A stretch of 64,000 bases of DNA from a virus (IMGVR_UViG_3300031867_000037:1-64000); one strand, 5' to 3'. Shown: positions 32,684 through 42,708, counted from the first letter of the stretch. Made by a program: numbers and translations. The notes: generated by a model from the sequence alone, not told the origin.

Positions 32684-33331
32684 AGTAGTATCCTCCTTTA
32701 GATAGATATATAAAATAATTGATATATGAGGTAATGTCCTCACTCATGCATACACTGATTAACAGTGTATGCACTGGTCGGGACATTAAATCTAGGACAA
32801 CACTGTTAATTACTCTGACTGATTAACAGTGTATTCAGCTATCTACTAATCCGCGTGTGTTCGCTGGTATCGCTTTTAATGTGTGTACTCACGACAAGTC
32901 AAATATGCTTGTTGTTCATAGCTGTACAGCGTTCGTGACAATGAACGCTTGTAACGTGTACCCCGGCTTTCCCCAGGCATGTTTCCGTTAGCGTTAGAAA
33001 CATGTACAGTACTTGATTCTAGCAACGTGCGACTACTTAATCCCTACTAACACCCGATAGCTCCGTTCCCCGTGTGTAGTATCTTGCTGACTTGCTAAAG
33101 TAGTATCTAAACGATTTGTGTCGAACTAAGTCGCTATTGGGTGACCGGTGACTTGCTGACATATGTCAGTAGTATCACTCTGACTTGCTGACACTTGCTG
33201 ACATATGTCAGTAGTTCGCCAGTAGTATCAAGGACGCTTCCAACAGCTAGTTAGCGACTTGCTAAAGTAGTATCAGAGACTTTCACACGTATACTAAGTG
33301 CATACGGGCCTGCTTTTCGCGGACTAGCTTT

Positions 33332-33351
33332 TATTCAATTTTCAAAGAACA
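33332..33351 (-). promoter_or_regulatory. rRNA-type boxA antitermination element
   Basis: Minus strand TGTTCTTTGAAAATTGAATA, about 50 nt after predicted TSS. Confidence 0.7.
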
Positions 33352-33407
33352 GACATGATAAAAAGAGATGTAATGTGAAGTAGTGCAAAGTTTCTCTTCA
33401 CATAAAT

Positions 33408-33436
33408 ATAATATCAAATATGTAATATAATGTAAA
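33408..33436 (-). promoter_or_regulatory. early leftward promoter TTTACA-17-TG-A-TATTAT
   Basis: Near-consensus boxes with extended -10. Confidence 0.7.
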
Positions 33437-34198
33437 CAACAAAAGGCAGACAAACTTTGCAATATTGGCGTGGTTTAAGTGTATTGTATGCTTATTTTTA
33501 GCATATAAGTAGACAAAATTTGCACGCCAGAGCGTGTTTACATAATGTGTTAGTCATAGCTAATAGCCAGCTATATATTAAGTAATATTAAATTACTGTT
33601 AAATTTTGTAATAAAGTTGTTACAAAATTATTACAAGGTAAATAGTCAAAATCAGTCATAAATAATCAGGTATAATCACAGCGGCGGTTAGTCAAAAAGT
33701 ATCAAAATCAGTCAAATACATTCATGCATAAATATACAGAAACCATGTATATTTATGCATACCAAACAGCGGTCTATGTATTAGTGTAATATACACTAAT
33801 CTGTGATTCTTATTTTTCGAACTATATAATTGTATGAATTGTGTCTAAGGTTTCGTGAATATTTGACAATTGGCCGCGGCGGAGAGGGAAAAGAAACAAT
33901 ATTAACACAATACAATACAATATATAAACAATTATATACAATAGAATACAATTCAATCGAAACCACTCGAATTGTGTACAAATTTAAAAATCCTGTAGAA
34001 ATTATCTATACAATTCACATGAAAATTTAGCGAATTCGCACGTGGCGGGTCCGAGCGGGTTCGAATTCGCACAACTCGCACATAGCCGCACAAGCTGTCA
34101 GAATATTCTGAAAAATAGCGCGGCAGACCCCCTATAGTCAGAAAAATCGGGGGGTAGGGAAGAGAGATGCATTTTTTGAAATCCTTAAAAGTCTCTAA

Positions 34199-34335
34199 AT
34201 CGCTTGACCTGAATTTTGAAATCACTGAATCCCTTAAATCGCTTGGGTCGAGTTTTTATATCGCTTGAAATCCCTATTATCGCTTGTTTTTCTGAATCCT
34301 AGTTTTTCTATAATCGTAAATCCATAAATCGCTTG
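34199..34335. repeat. five ATCGCTTG direct repeats (candidate pac/TerS-binding region)
   Basis: Copies at 34199, 34238, 34260, 34279, 34328, interleaved with GAA(A)TCC. Confidence 0.6.
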
Positions 34336-34361
34336 GAACATTAGACTACATGCAATACGAC

Positions 34362-34391
34362 TTTACAAACGGTAAATTTTCGTGCTATAAT
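34362..34391 (+). promoter_or_regulatory. late-block promoter TTTACA-18-TATAAT with extended TG
   Basis: Consensus boxes just upstream of 34405. Confidence 0.7.
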
Positions 34392-34404
34392 GCGAACATA
34401 AAAT

Positions 34405-34758
34405 ATGAGCGGGAGGTTGGCTACAATGGCCGTACAAAAATATTTAAGTGTAGCCAAACGGCTACAAAATGCTATTAATACCACATATGACATGAAAATT
34501 GTTATTAATACAAATCAATGGTATAGCGAGAAAAAGAAATGTCTTATGAACCAATATACTGTACGTCAAGTATTTGTTGATGAAGAAGGTAAAAAGACTA
34601 GTGTTGAATTATATAAAACCTATTCTACTATACGCTTGACTTTATTTTTACGGGACTATTGGTTTGAATTAAATGGCTGGGAAGTGCCTACAGATAATCA
34701 AATGTGGGAGGAGATAAAGAAAGACTATGGTGACAAGAAAGATACAGAAACGGTATGA
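34405..34758 (+). CDS. hypothetical protein
   Basis: First ORF of rightward late block. Confidence 0.65.
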   Translation: MSGRLATMAVQKYLSVAKRLQNAINTTYDMKIVINTNQWYSEKKKCLMNQYTVRQVFVDEEGKKTSVELYKTYSTIRLTLFLRDYWFELNGWEVPTDNQMWEEIKKDYGDKKDTETV

Positions 34759-35242
34759 TAAAGATGAAGTCATTAGACTAGGACATAGAAGAGGTAAAAG
34801 CGGTCGTAAAATCACGGAAGATACTCCTCTTAATCCTGTCGAGCAAAGATTTTTACAAGAGTATTTAAAGACAGGAAATATTGGAGAAGCAATGCAACGG
34901 GCTGATAAAATTGAACGGTGTAGTAGAAACGCCTATAAAAAAATGGGTGAAAAGATTCTTAAACAGCCTAATGTTAAAAAGGAGTTAGATAGAATTATGG
35001 AAGAAGTAAGAAAAGATACAATTGCAACTGCGGATGAAGTTATGCAATATTTTACTAATGTTATGCGAGGCGAAGTAAAAGACCAGTTTGGACTTGATGC
35101 GCCACTTACTGAAAGAACAAGAGCGGCACAGGAAATTGCAAGACGAACGATTGATATTGATATTAAAAAGAATCTTATGCAAGAGGTTGATGATAAACCT
35201 ATTCAGATTACCCTTAATTGGGCTAGAAATGACAATTCCTAA
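34727..35242 (+). CDS. terS: terminase small subunit
   Basis: EQRFLQEYLKTGNIGEAMQRA HTH; IATADEVMQYFTNVMRGE...ERTRAA. Confidence 0.85.
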   Translation: MVTRKIQKRYDKDEVIRLGHRRGKSGRKITEDTPLNPVEQRFLQEYLKTGNIGEAMQRADKIERCSRNAYKKMGEKILKQPNVKKELDRIMEEVRKDTIATADEVMQYFTNVMRGEVKDQFGLDAPLTERTRAAQEIARRTIDIDIKKNLMQEVDDKPIQITLNWARNDNS

Positions 35243-35266
35243 CTTCATTGTTTTTCCTCCTTCCTT

Positions 35267-35310
35267 AAAGACGAGTGTATTTTTTATATACTCGTCTTTA
35301 TTTTTATTTT
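35267..35310 (+). terminator. intrinsic terminator
   Basis: AAAGACGAGTGTAT/ATATACTCGTCTTT stem plus T-rich tract. Confidence 0.7.
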
Positions 35311-35357
35311 TTATTGTGCTATACTGAAAAATAATAAGCGGAAAGGAGGTAAAAAAC

Positions 35358-35645
35358 TTGGTGTCTAACTATATGCCGATACTTATATCTATCGCTTCTT
35401 TACTATTCGCCATGTATACATATGGCGCAAAACACAACACAGAAAGCACAACCGAAATGACTACCGTAATTGTCAAGTTAGAAAACATTGGCAAAGGCGT
35501 TAGTGATATAAAATCAGAAATTGCGTCATTAAAAGATGACCAGAAAGATGACCATGATAGACTTATTAAGGCAGAAACATCTTTAGCAAGCGCATGGAAA
35601 CGTATTAATGAAATATCTGCAAAAGTAGAAGGGAGTAATGTATGA
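35358..35645 (+). CDS. holin-associated/XhlA-like membrane protein
   Basis: N-terminal TM then coiled coil; upstream of holin. Confidence 0.6.
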   Translation: MVSNYMPILISIASLLFAMYTYGAKHNTESTTEMTTVIVKLENIGKGVSDIKSEIASLKDDQKDDHDRLIKAETSLASAWKRINEISAKVEGSNV

Positions 35646-35881
35646 CTAAGCAGGATATTATTCGTAAATTAACAAGCAGAAAATTATGGCTCAGTATCGC
35701 AAATTTTACAACTATGGTTCTTATCTATCACGGCGTTGCACAATCTGATGCTGAAAGAGTTGCGGCTATTATTATGGCGGGCGCTTCTGTATTAGGATAT
35801 GTATTTGCAGAAGGCTTAACAGATGCAAAAAACGTGGAATATGGCGTTGTAGATTTATTTGACGAGGACAGTAATGAATAA
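35642..35881 (+). CDS. holin
   Basis: KLTSRKLW, two TMs, YVFAEGLTDA. Confidence 0.8.
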   Translation: MTKQDIIRKLTSRKLWLSIANFTTMVLIYHGVAQSDAERVAAIIMAGASVLGYVFAEGLTDAKNVEYGVVDLFDEDSNE

Positions 35882-37574
35882 CTATAATAAAACTGTATTA
35901 GGTAAGATAATTACTGCGGTTGAATCTGGTGGACAGAAATATGGGCAGGGTGACTGGGGAAACGTCACCCTTCCCTATACTAATAGTGATAAAGAACATA
36001 CGGTCACACTCGGTGCCTATCAATTTGGTGGCGGTAGTAATGAAGGCAGAGACTTACTAAAGCTAATTTTAGCTGATTATCCGAGTACTTTTAAATCACA
36101 CGATAACTGCGGCTTAGAAGAAACTCTCACAATAGATTGGTATGGTACACACTTTAGACCTACGGATAACCAAATTATCGCTATTCGAAAGATTATCAGT
36201 ACAGAACAGGGTGTCTTATCACAGACAAAAATGTATGCGGAAGTACAGCTTCCTAAGTATCTGAAAAGAGCGAAAGAGTACGGTATTCCAGAATCTAATA
36301 TACAAGCTACTATGATGTGGGTTGAAATTGAACATCTCGGCGGATTAAACCCGACAAAGCGAGTGTTCGATAGATGCAATGGCATATATACGTTAGACAG
36401 CATAATGGATGCATTAAAAGTAGACCAAACTATTGCTCAATACAAAGCTAATGGCGTTGGTGCAGTAAAATATTGGTCTAGACACGTAGCTTGTAGAAAA
36501 TTTATTGAGCAATACGCTCAGGAGGAAGATAAAATGGCGAGTGCTTTATCAAGAGCAAAAACATTATTACGACAGCCGCAAGGCGATACAATGACAGGAT
36601 TTACTCCAGATGGAGCATATTATTTCAAAAAAGCAAATCAGTATTACACAACTCCCAAAAAGGGAGATATTATTTACTTCTATTCCGAATCAAAGGGTAG
36701 AATCGGACATACTGGTATTGTTACAAATGTTGATTTAGTAAATAAGTTAGCGTATACCGTAGAAGGCAATACAAGTTCTACAGAATACGCTGAAAACGGC
36801 GGCTGTGTTGCTAGACATGTATATAGTTTCGCAAAGATTGGCGGATTAAATCGTGTAAACGGATTTGGCAGACCTAACTTTGCGGCGGCGGGAATTACTG
36901 CTGACCAATTTGTTGAAACGGCACTTTCTTATTTAGGCTATCTCGAAAAGCGGTCTAATGCTTATCTCGATAGTAAAACAGCTAATGCAGGCAGTGGTAA
37001 TTATCAAAGATTCCAACGAGATGTTGGTGCAGGTAATGGCGACCAGTGGTGCCAGTATTATGTTGATGCAATAGCATTATATACATGCCAAACTTACTAT
37101 ATTGCATATGAGATTCCGCAGTCCAATGATGCTTGCCATATTAATGTGGCACAAGGACAAAAGTGGTTAAATGAGAACTTTGGTGGAATTCTCAAACAGT
37201 ATTGTGGTGCATTACTTGTTGTAGATGGAGACTTTGGTCCAAAAACAAAAAAGGCTGTGGTTGCTGTTTGGAAGTATTCTATGAATCAACTTGTCGATTC
37301 AGACTTAACTCCAGATAATGAGAACTTTGGAGATAAGTGTAAAGAATACGCCAACTATGCGTTAGTAGGCTATGGAACAAGCGGAGTATTTACTTATCTG
37401 TGTCAGCTTTTATTAGCCGCACACGGTTGGTATACAGATAAGATGGATGGTGAAGCCGGTAATAATACTGTCAACGCAATTAAATTGTTCCAGAAGTCTA
37501 TTGAGAAAGAAGTAGACGGATGTTGTGGACCTGATACGTGGTTTAACTTATTTAACGAGGCATTTATTTATTAA
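35874..37574 (+). CDS. multi-domain endolysin (lysozyme-like + permuted CHAP + PG-binding)
   Basis: AVESGG; GHTGIV...VEGNT; WCQYYV; VDGDFGPKT and DGCCGPDTW PG-binding repeats. Confidence 0.85.
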   Translation: MNNYNKTVLGKIITAVESGGQKYGQGDWGNVTLPYTNSDKEHTVTLGAYQFGGGSNEGRDLLKLILADYPSTFKSHDNCGLEETLTIDWYGTHFRPTDNQIIAIRKIISTEQGVLSQTKMYAEVQLPKYLKRAKEYGIPESNIQATMMWVEIEHLGGLNPTKRVFDRCNGIYTLDSIMDALKVDQTIAQYKANGVGAVKYWSRHVACRKFIEQYAQEEDKMASALSRAKTLLRQPQGDTMTGFTPDGAYYFKKANQYYTTPKKGDIIYFYSESKGRIGHTGIVTNVDLVNKLAYTVEGNTSSTEYAENGGCVARHVYSFAKIGGLNRVNGFGRPNFAAAGITADQFVETALSYLGYLEKRSNAYLDSKTANAGSGNYQRFQRDVGAGNGDQWCQYYVDAIALYTCQTYYIAYEIPQSNDACHINVAQGQKWLNENFGGILKQYCGALLVVDGDFGPKTKKAVVAVWKYSMNQLVDSDLTPDNENFGDKCKEYANYALVGYGTSGVFTYLCQLLLAAHGWYTDKMDGEAGNNTVNAIKLFQKSIEKEVDGCCGPDTWFNLFNEAFIY

Positions 37575-37577
37575 AAT

Positions 37578-38894
37578 ATGAGTGAGCAGGATATTAATAT
37601 AAATTTAAGCGATTGTATCATACCAATGTATGATGATTTATTAAATGATATATTACTCCATAAGCACACACACTATGTTATGGCTGGCGGACGAGGAAGT
37701 ACAAAATCCTCGTTCGTTGGCATAGCAATTCCACTTATATTAATACAGAATCCGAAAGTACATGCGGCTTGTTTTAGAAAAGTCGGCAATACAATTCAAA
37801 ATAGTATATACGCCCAGTTATGTTGGGGAATATCCCAACTTGGACTGGATACACTATTTCGTATTCCTAAAACATACGCTACCCCTATAACATATCTTCC
37901 AACTGGTCAGCAGATTTTCTTTTTGGGCTTAGATGACCCAATGAAAATCAAATCTATCAAACCGAAGTTTGGTTATATAGGTGTAACGTGGTTCGAGGAA
38001 TTAGACCAATACGCAGGTCAACGAGAGTTAAGAACCGTTACTCAGTCTACAATGCGTGGCGGTGACGATTTCTGGGACTTTAGAACATTCAACCCGCCCA
38101 TAAGTAAAAATAACTGGGCAAATGAATATGCCGAAGAGTGTGAAATATACAGACAGAATAACACACTTGTAACTAGGAATACTTATTTAGATGTTCCAGA
38201 GCAATGGCTTGGACAGCAGTTCATTGAAGAAGCAGAAGATTTAAAATTAGTAAATCCTAGAGCATATCAACATGAGTATTTAGGTGAAGCTATTGGTACT
38301 GGCGGTGATGTATTTCCAAATGTTGAAGATTTGGATATGGAACAGCTTGTCGATAGATACGATGCTTACGGTAATGTAATAGAATCTAAGCCTATGTGGC
38401 AGACTTTTGACAAGATATATAACGGACTTGACTGGGGTTTTGCAAGAGACCCATTTCATTATGTACGTTGTTATTTTGATAAACGCTATTTAGATTTATA
38501 CATTTTTGATGAATACAGAACAATGCATTGCCGTAATAAAACGGTATTTGATGCATTGTACAAAGAAGAAAAGAAATTATCTACGGAAGAATTATTAATA
38601 GCAGATAGTGCGGAGCCAAAATCTATTATGGACTTTAAATCATATGGTGCATTTATTCGAGGAGCAGAAAAAGGACCCGAAAGTGTACGATACGGAATAA
38701 AGTGGTTACAGGGTTTAAATCATATTTATATTGATAAACGTAGGTGTCCATACACATTTAAAGAATTTGTACAGTATGAGTATGAAAAAGATAGGGACGG
38801 CAACTTCATTTCTGCTTATCCAGATAAAGATAATCATAGTATTGACGCAACCCGCTATGCTATGGAGAAGTATGCGAATAGGAGAGGAAACTAA
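37578..38894 (+). CDS. terL: terminase large subunit (PBSX-like)
   Basis: GGRGSTKS, WFEELDQ, GLDWGF, NHSIDATRYA. Confidence 0.95.
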   Translation: MSEQDININLSDCIIPMYDDLLNDILLHKHTHYVMAGGRGSTKSSFVGIAIPLILIQNPKVHAACFRKVGNTIQNSIYAQLCWGISQLGLDTLFRIPKTYATPITYLPTGQQIFFLGLDDPMKIKSIKPKFGYIGVTWFEELDQYAGQRELRTVTQSTMRGGDDFWDFRTFNPPISKNNWANEYAEECEIYRQNNTLVTRNTYLDVPEQWLGQQFIEEAEDLKLVNPRAYQHEYLGEAIGTGGDVFPNVEDLDMEQLVDRYDAYGNVIESKPMWQTFDKIYNGLDWGFARDPFHYVRCYFDKRYLDLYIFDEYRTMHCRNKTVFDALYKEEKKLSTEELLIADSAEPKSIMDFKSYGAFIRGAEKGPESVRYGIKWLQGLNHIYIDKRRCPYTFKEFVQYEYEKDRDGNFISAYPDKDNHSIDATRYAMEKYANRRGN

Positions 38895-39541
38895 TGTCAA
38901 GATGGCAAAACCTAGACATTATAAACTTTGAAGGTGTCGGAAAGTATAATATTCCAGAACTTGCGCCCACAACAGAGTGTAATGCAAAAGACTGGATGCG
39001 ATTTAGCGCATGTTTAACGGATAGACGAATTTCAAGAAAAAAGGAACAAACCGGTGTACATTTCTTTTTATACGATGGTGAATTTGAAAGATGTTGGAGT
39101 AATCCTACTAGATATGGAGATATGTTATTAGCATATAATTGTGTGCTATCACCAGATTTTAGTCTTTATACATCTTTCCCAAAGGCTGTTCAAATATGGA
39201 ATCATTACAGAAAACAGTGGCTCGCTAAATATTGGCAAGAAGATTTGGGATTAACAGTAATTCCAACTGTAACCTGGGGTGATGAAAGTAGTTATGAATT
39301 CTGCTTTGATGGACAACCAAAACATAGTATAGTAGCTGTGTCAAATATTGGCTGTTGCAAAAACGAAGAAGTGCATAAATTATTCTTACAAGGTTATAAT
39401 GAGATGTTAAAACGATTAGAGCCAGAATTAATACTTGTATACACTAGACGAATATGCGATTATCCTGGCAATGTTAAATATATTCATTATACACCATTTA
39501 AAAACGAAACTTGTGAATTTAATGAGGAGGAAGACGCATAA
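38894..39541 (+). CDS. DUF4417-like protein, copy 1
   Basis: HFFLYDGEFE, LSPDFSLY, VIPTVTWG. Confidence 0.8.
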   Translation: MSRWQNLDIINFEGVGKYNIPELAPTTECNAKDWMRFSACLTDRRISRKKEQTGVHFFLYDGEFERCWSNPTRYGDMLLAYNCVLSPDFSLYTSFPKAVQIWNHYRKQWLAKYWQEDLGLTVIPTVTWGDESSYEFCFDGQPKHSIVAVSNIGCCKNEEVHKLFLQGYNEMLKRLEPELILVYTRRICDYPGNVKYIHYTPFKNETCEFNEEEDA

Positions 39542-40056
39542 TGGGCGGCGGCGGTAACTCAGGTGCAAAGGCACTCGGCCTAGCAAGGGTCGGCGACAGG
39601 CCAAAACGACAAAGTTCAAGCGGCATAAAATTTGCCCGAGAATTATTTGAAAAAAATGATGGAACATTTCTCAGGTCGTTAAAAACACGATTATTAGTTG
39701 ACATTGATAATTTCACTAAAACTGGAAAGGTGTCAGCCAATACAGTATCTTATCGTATTATTTATCAAAATGGTGTTGAAGTAAGCGTTAGGTATAAAGA
39801 CGGTAAAGAAATAATACGAGACCCAAGAGACCCAAGTAAACACTATAAAAGTTTTCGATTAAATAGAATTGCCTATATATCAAGAGCAGATGGAAATCAA
39901 AATTTTTCAGATTCATTAGGATTTTTTTCATCATCACAAGACAAACGAATAAAGAGTATATTTTCAAGCGATAGTAGGTTTAAAAGTTACAGTAACGAAG
40001 TGAAAAAACTTTTTACGCCAAAGCGCAAAAAGAAATCTACTCGTAAGAAAAAATAA
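39541..40056 (+). CDS. basic protein with MGGGGNSG N-terminus
   Basis: Coupled to DUF4417 copy 1. Confidence 0.65.
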   Translation: MGGGGNSGAKALGLARVGDRPKRQSSSGIKFARELFEKNDGTFLRSLKTRLLVDIDNFTKTGKVSANTVSYRIIYQNGVEVSVRYKDGKEIIRDPRDPSKHYKSFRLNRIAYISRADGNQNFSDSLGFFSSSQDKRIKSIFSSDSRFKSYSNEVKKLFTPKRKKKSTRKKK

Positions 40057-40066
40057 TGTATGGAGA

Positions 40067-40723
40067 GTGTGGATGCATTACGATAGAGGAAAACAGCAAA
40101 CAAGAATTTTAGAGCAGAATATTCATAATCTTGTATATGCCCATTTTGATGGTGAAGGCGAATATGATATGCCAATACTTGACCCAGTTCATATAGATGA
40201 TTTAGAAAGTATTCCGTTACAAGGATTTAATTATGCGTTGAAAGAAAAACATCCAGAAAATATAGGCGTTCACTTCTTTTTACATGATTATCAGTTTGAA
40301 CGAGTATGGAAATATCCGGACAGATATACTGAGTGTTTATCTAAATTTGCATTTGTACTCTCTCCAGATTTTTCTCCTTATGCAGATACACCAAAAGCTA
40401 TAAAAGTTTTCAATGTTTATAGAAAAATGTGGTGTGGCAGATATTGGCAAAAACACGGCATGAAAGTAATTCCAACTATTACGTGGGGAAATGATGAAGA
40501 TTTAGCGTGGTGTCTTGACGGAGTACCGAAATACAGTACAATAGCAATATCAACTATGGGAGAAGGCAGATGGGCAAATTTTAAAGCACTGAAACATAAT
40601 TGGGAATATATCATGGATAAATTAGAGCCAGAAACAATTTTACTTTATGGCAAAGATTTATCGAATGAACTAAGCGGTAATATTGTATTTAAAAAATTAA
40701 TTAATTCTAAGGTGGCTATATAA
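40067..40723 (+). CDS. DUF4417-like protein, copy 2
   Basis: HFFLHDYQFE, LSPDFSPY, VIPTITWG. Confidence 0.8.
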   Translation: MWMHYDRGKQQTRILEQNIHNLVYAHFDGEGEYDMPILDPVHIDDLESIPLQGFNYALKEKHPENIGVHFFLHDYQFERVWKYPDRYTECLSKFAFVLSPDFSPYADTPKAIKVFNVYRKMWCGRYWQKHGMKVIPTITWGNDEDLAWCLDGVPKYSTIAISTMGEGRWANFKALKHNWEYIMDKLEPETILLYGKDLSNELSGNIVFKKLINSKVAI

Positions 40724-41010
40724 TGGGCAATTACATATATTATTGGGATAGTGCTAATAAAAAGAAAAGATACGGCGGTAAACGTGGGGCAATGACAAGT
40801 GAGTTCAGCGATAAAGATGCAGGAACAAAACGTACAATGAAACGTGAAACCGCAGGAACAAAACGAGAATTTAAAGGTTCTAAATCCAACGAGTACACGT
40901 TCTACTCACCGTCAAAAGGCACTCTTGTTGTTACGGCTACTTCTTTTGAGGAAGCGTGGAGACGAGCAAAAGCACTTGGATATAGTAGGAGAAATTATAG
41001 GAGTAAATAA
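40723..41010 (+). CDS. small basic protein (MGNY...)
   Basis: Coupled to DUF4417 copy 2. Confidence 0.65.
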   Translation: MGNYIYYWDSANKKKRYGGKRGAMTSEFSDKDAGTKRTMKRETAGTKREFKGSKSNEYTFYSPSKGTLVVTATSFEEAWRRAKALGYSRRNYRSK

Positions 41011-41013
41011 ACT

Positions 41014-42708
41014 ATGTCAATTTGGAATAGCATAGTATCAAAACTAAGGGAGTTAATTACGAGCATGATTGGAAGTAAAACAATCCAAAGAGAATTAAAT
41101 GTATCATATGCAATATCTCCAAAAATGGAGAAAGCAATACAGATGTGGTCCGTTATGTACGCAGATGAAGCACCGTGGTTACACGAACCTGATGATAACG
41201 ACCCGACAAATATTGTATCTTTAGGACTTCCGGCACTAATCGCAAGTGAAAAAGCTAGAACAGCTTTATTAGAACTTGAATCGGAAATTACTGTTCCTAC
41301 AGAACAAGTTGAAATTGATAATCCCGATTATCCAGGCGAAACAAAATATATACGTACACCTGATGGCAGGTCTGTCGCAGTTCCTTCAATGATGCCACCA
41401 CAAAAAATAATGGAAGATAGACCAACTGGAGATTCTTCTAGAGCTGAATATCTTGAAAGTCAGTATAAAAAGCTAAAGAAGCAGATACGGAAACAGATAG
41501 AGTACGGTATTGCAAAAGGTGGATTAGTGATAAAGCCATATGTTGTTGCCAATCAAAGCACAACGGCTGATGGCGTTGATTCTGATTTAACTCCAAGTCT
41601 TGAAATAGAATTCGATTTTGTACAGGCAGACGCATTTTATCCATTAACATTTGATGCTTCTGGTAAAATAACTGAGGCAGCTTTTGTACAATCTAAAGTA
41701 GAAAAGAATGTAGTTTACCGCAAATTAGAGTATCACAAATGGGAAAATAACGTAGTAACGGTTATCAACAAAGCATATAAATCTAATAACTTACGTGCAA
41801 ATACAGATTTGAATAATACTGATTTAGGCGAAGAAATTTCTCTGCAAGAAGTTCCAGAGTGGAAAAATCTTGACGAAAAAGCCACAATTAAAAATGTTAC
41901 TCAGCCGTTATTTGCATACTTTAAAATGCCAGAAGCTAATACGATTGATACAACAAGTCCATTAGGAGTATCTGGATTTAGTAGGGCAGTAAATCTTATT
42001 CGTGATGCCGATATTCAATATAGTAGATTACTTTGGGAATATGAAGGCGGCGAACTTGCGATCGATATTGACCGAGATGCTTTAAGAACTGATGAAGACG
42101 GCAATGGAAATGAGCATACTAGACCAAATCAATTACAACGTAGACTGTTTAGAAAAGTAGACTTAGGGTCTAGTTCAGACACGTATCAGCCGTTCGCACC
42201 TTCATTACGTGATAATCACTATATAGACGGTCTCAATACTATTCTTATGAGAATAGAAGATGTTTGTGGCATCAGTAGAGGTACATTATCCGATAGTGCA
42301 GATGTGGCAAGAACTGCAACAGAATTAAGAATTTTAAAACAGCGGAGTTATCAAACCAACGCAGATATTCAAAGTGCCATTGAAGATACATTAAGGGATG
42401 TAATTTATATTATGGATGTATATGCGACACTATATGAGATTACACCTGATGGCGAATATGATGTAAGTTTTGAGTGGGATGATTCTATTCTTGTTGACGT
42501 TGATGCCGAATTAACGAACCGTATTACGCTTCAAAGCAATAGACTTACTTCCAGAGTTGAGACTAGAATGTGGTATTTTGGTGAGACTGAAAGACAGGCT
42601 AGAGAGGCGCTTGCTCAAATTGATGCAGAAGAAGCCGAAGCTATGGAAAAAGAACTTGCATTGCAAGCTAATCAACAATTTAACGATATGGAAGACAGTG
42701 AGGAATAA
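41014..42708 (+). CDS. portal protein (A118/SPP1-like)
   Basis: GIAKGGLVIKP, SPLGVS, TATEL motifs; position after TerL. Confidence 0.85.
   Translation: MSIWNSIVSKLRELITSMIGSKTIQRELNVSYAISPKMEKAIQMWSVMYADEAPWLHEPDDNDPTNIVSLGLPALIASEKARTALLELESEITVPTEQVEIDNPDYPGETKYIRTPDGRSVAVPSMMPPQKIMEDRPTGDSSRAEYLESQYKKLKKQIRKQIEYGIAKGGLVIKPYVVANQSTTADGVDSDLTPSLEIEFDFVQADAFYPLTFDASGKITEAAFVQSKVEKNVVYRKLEYHKWENNVVTVINKAYKSNNLRANTDLNNTDLGEEISLQEVPEWKNLDEKATIKNVTQPLFAYFKMPEANTIDTTSPLGVSGFSRAVNLIRDADIQYSRLLWEYEGGELAIDIDRDALRTDEDGNGNEHTRPNQLQRRLFRKVDLGSSSDTYQPFAPSLRDNHYIDGLNTILMRIEDVCGISRGTLSDSADVARTATELRILKQRSYQTNADIQSAIEDTLRDVIYIMDVYATLYEITPDGEYDVSFEWDDSILVDVDAELTNRITLQSNRLTSRVETRMWYFGETERQAREALAQIDAEEAEAMEKELALQANQQFNDMEDSEE

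Noticed and set aside
32058-32705. Plus-strand ORFs with SAVCSSVL / CCLLLSLV repeats
   Set aside because: Alternate frames of the 24-bp repeat; the minus-strand ORF has the RBS.
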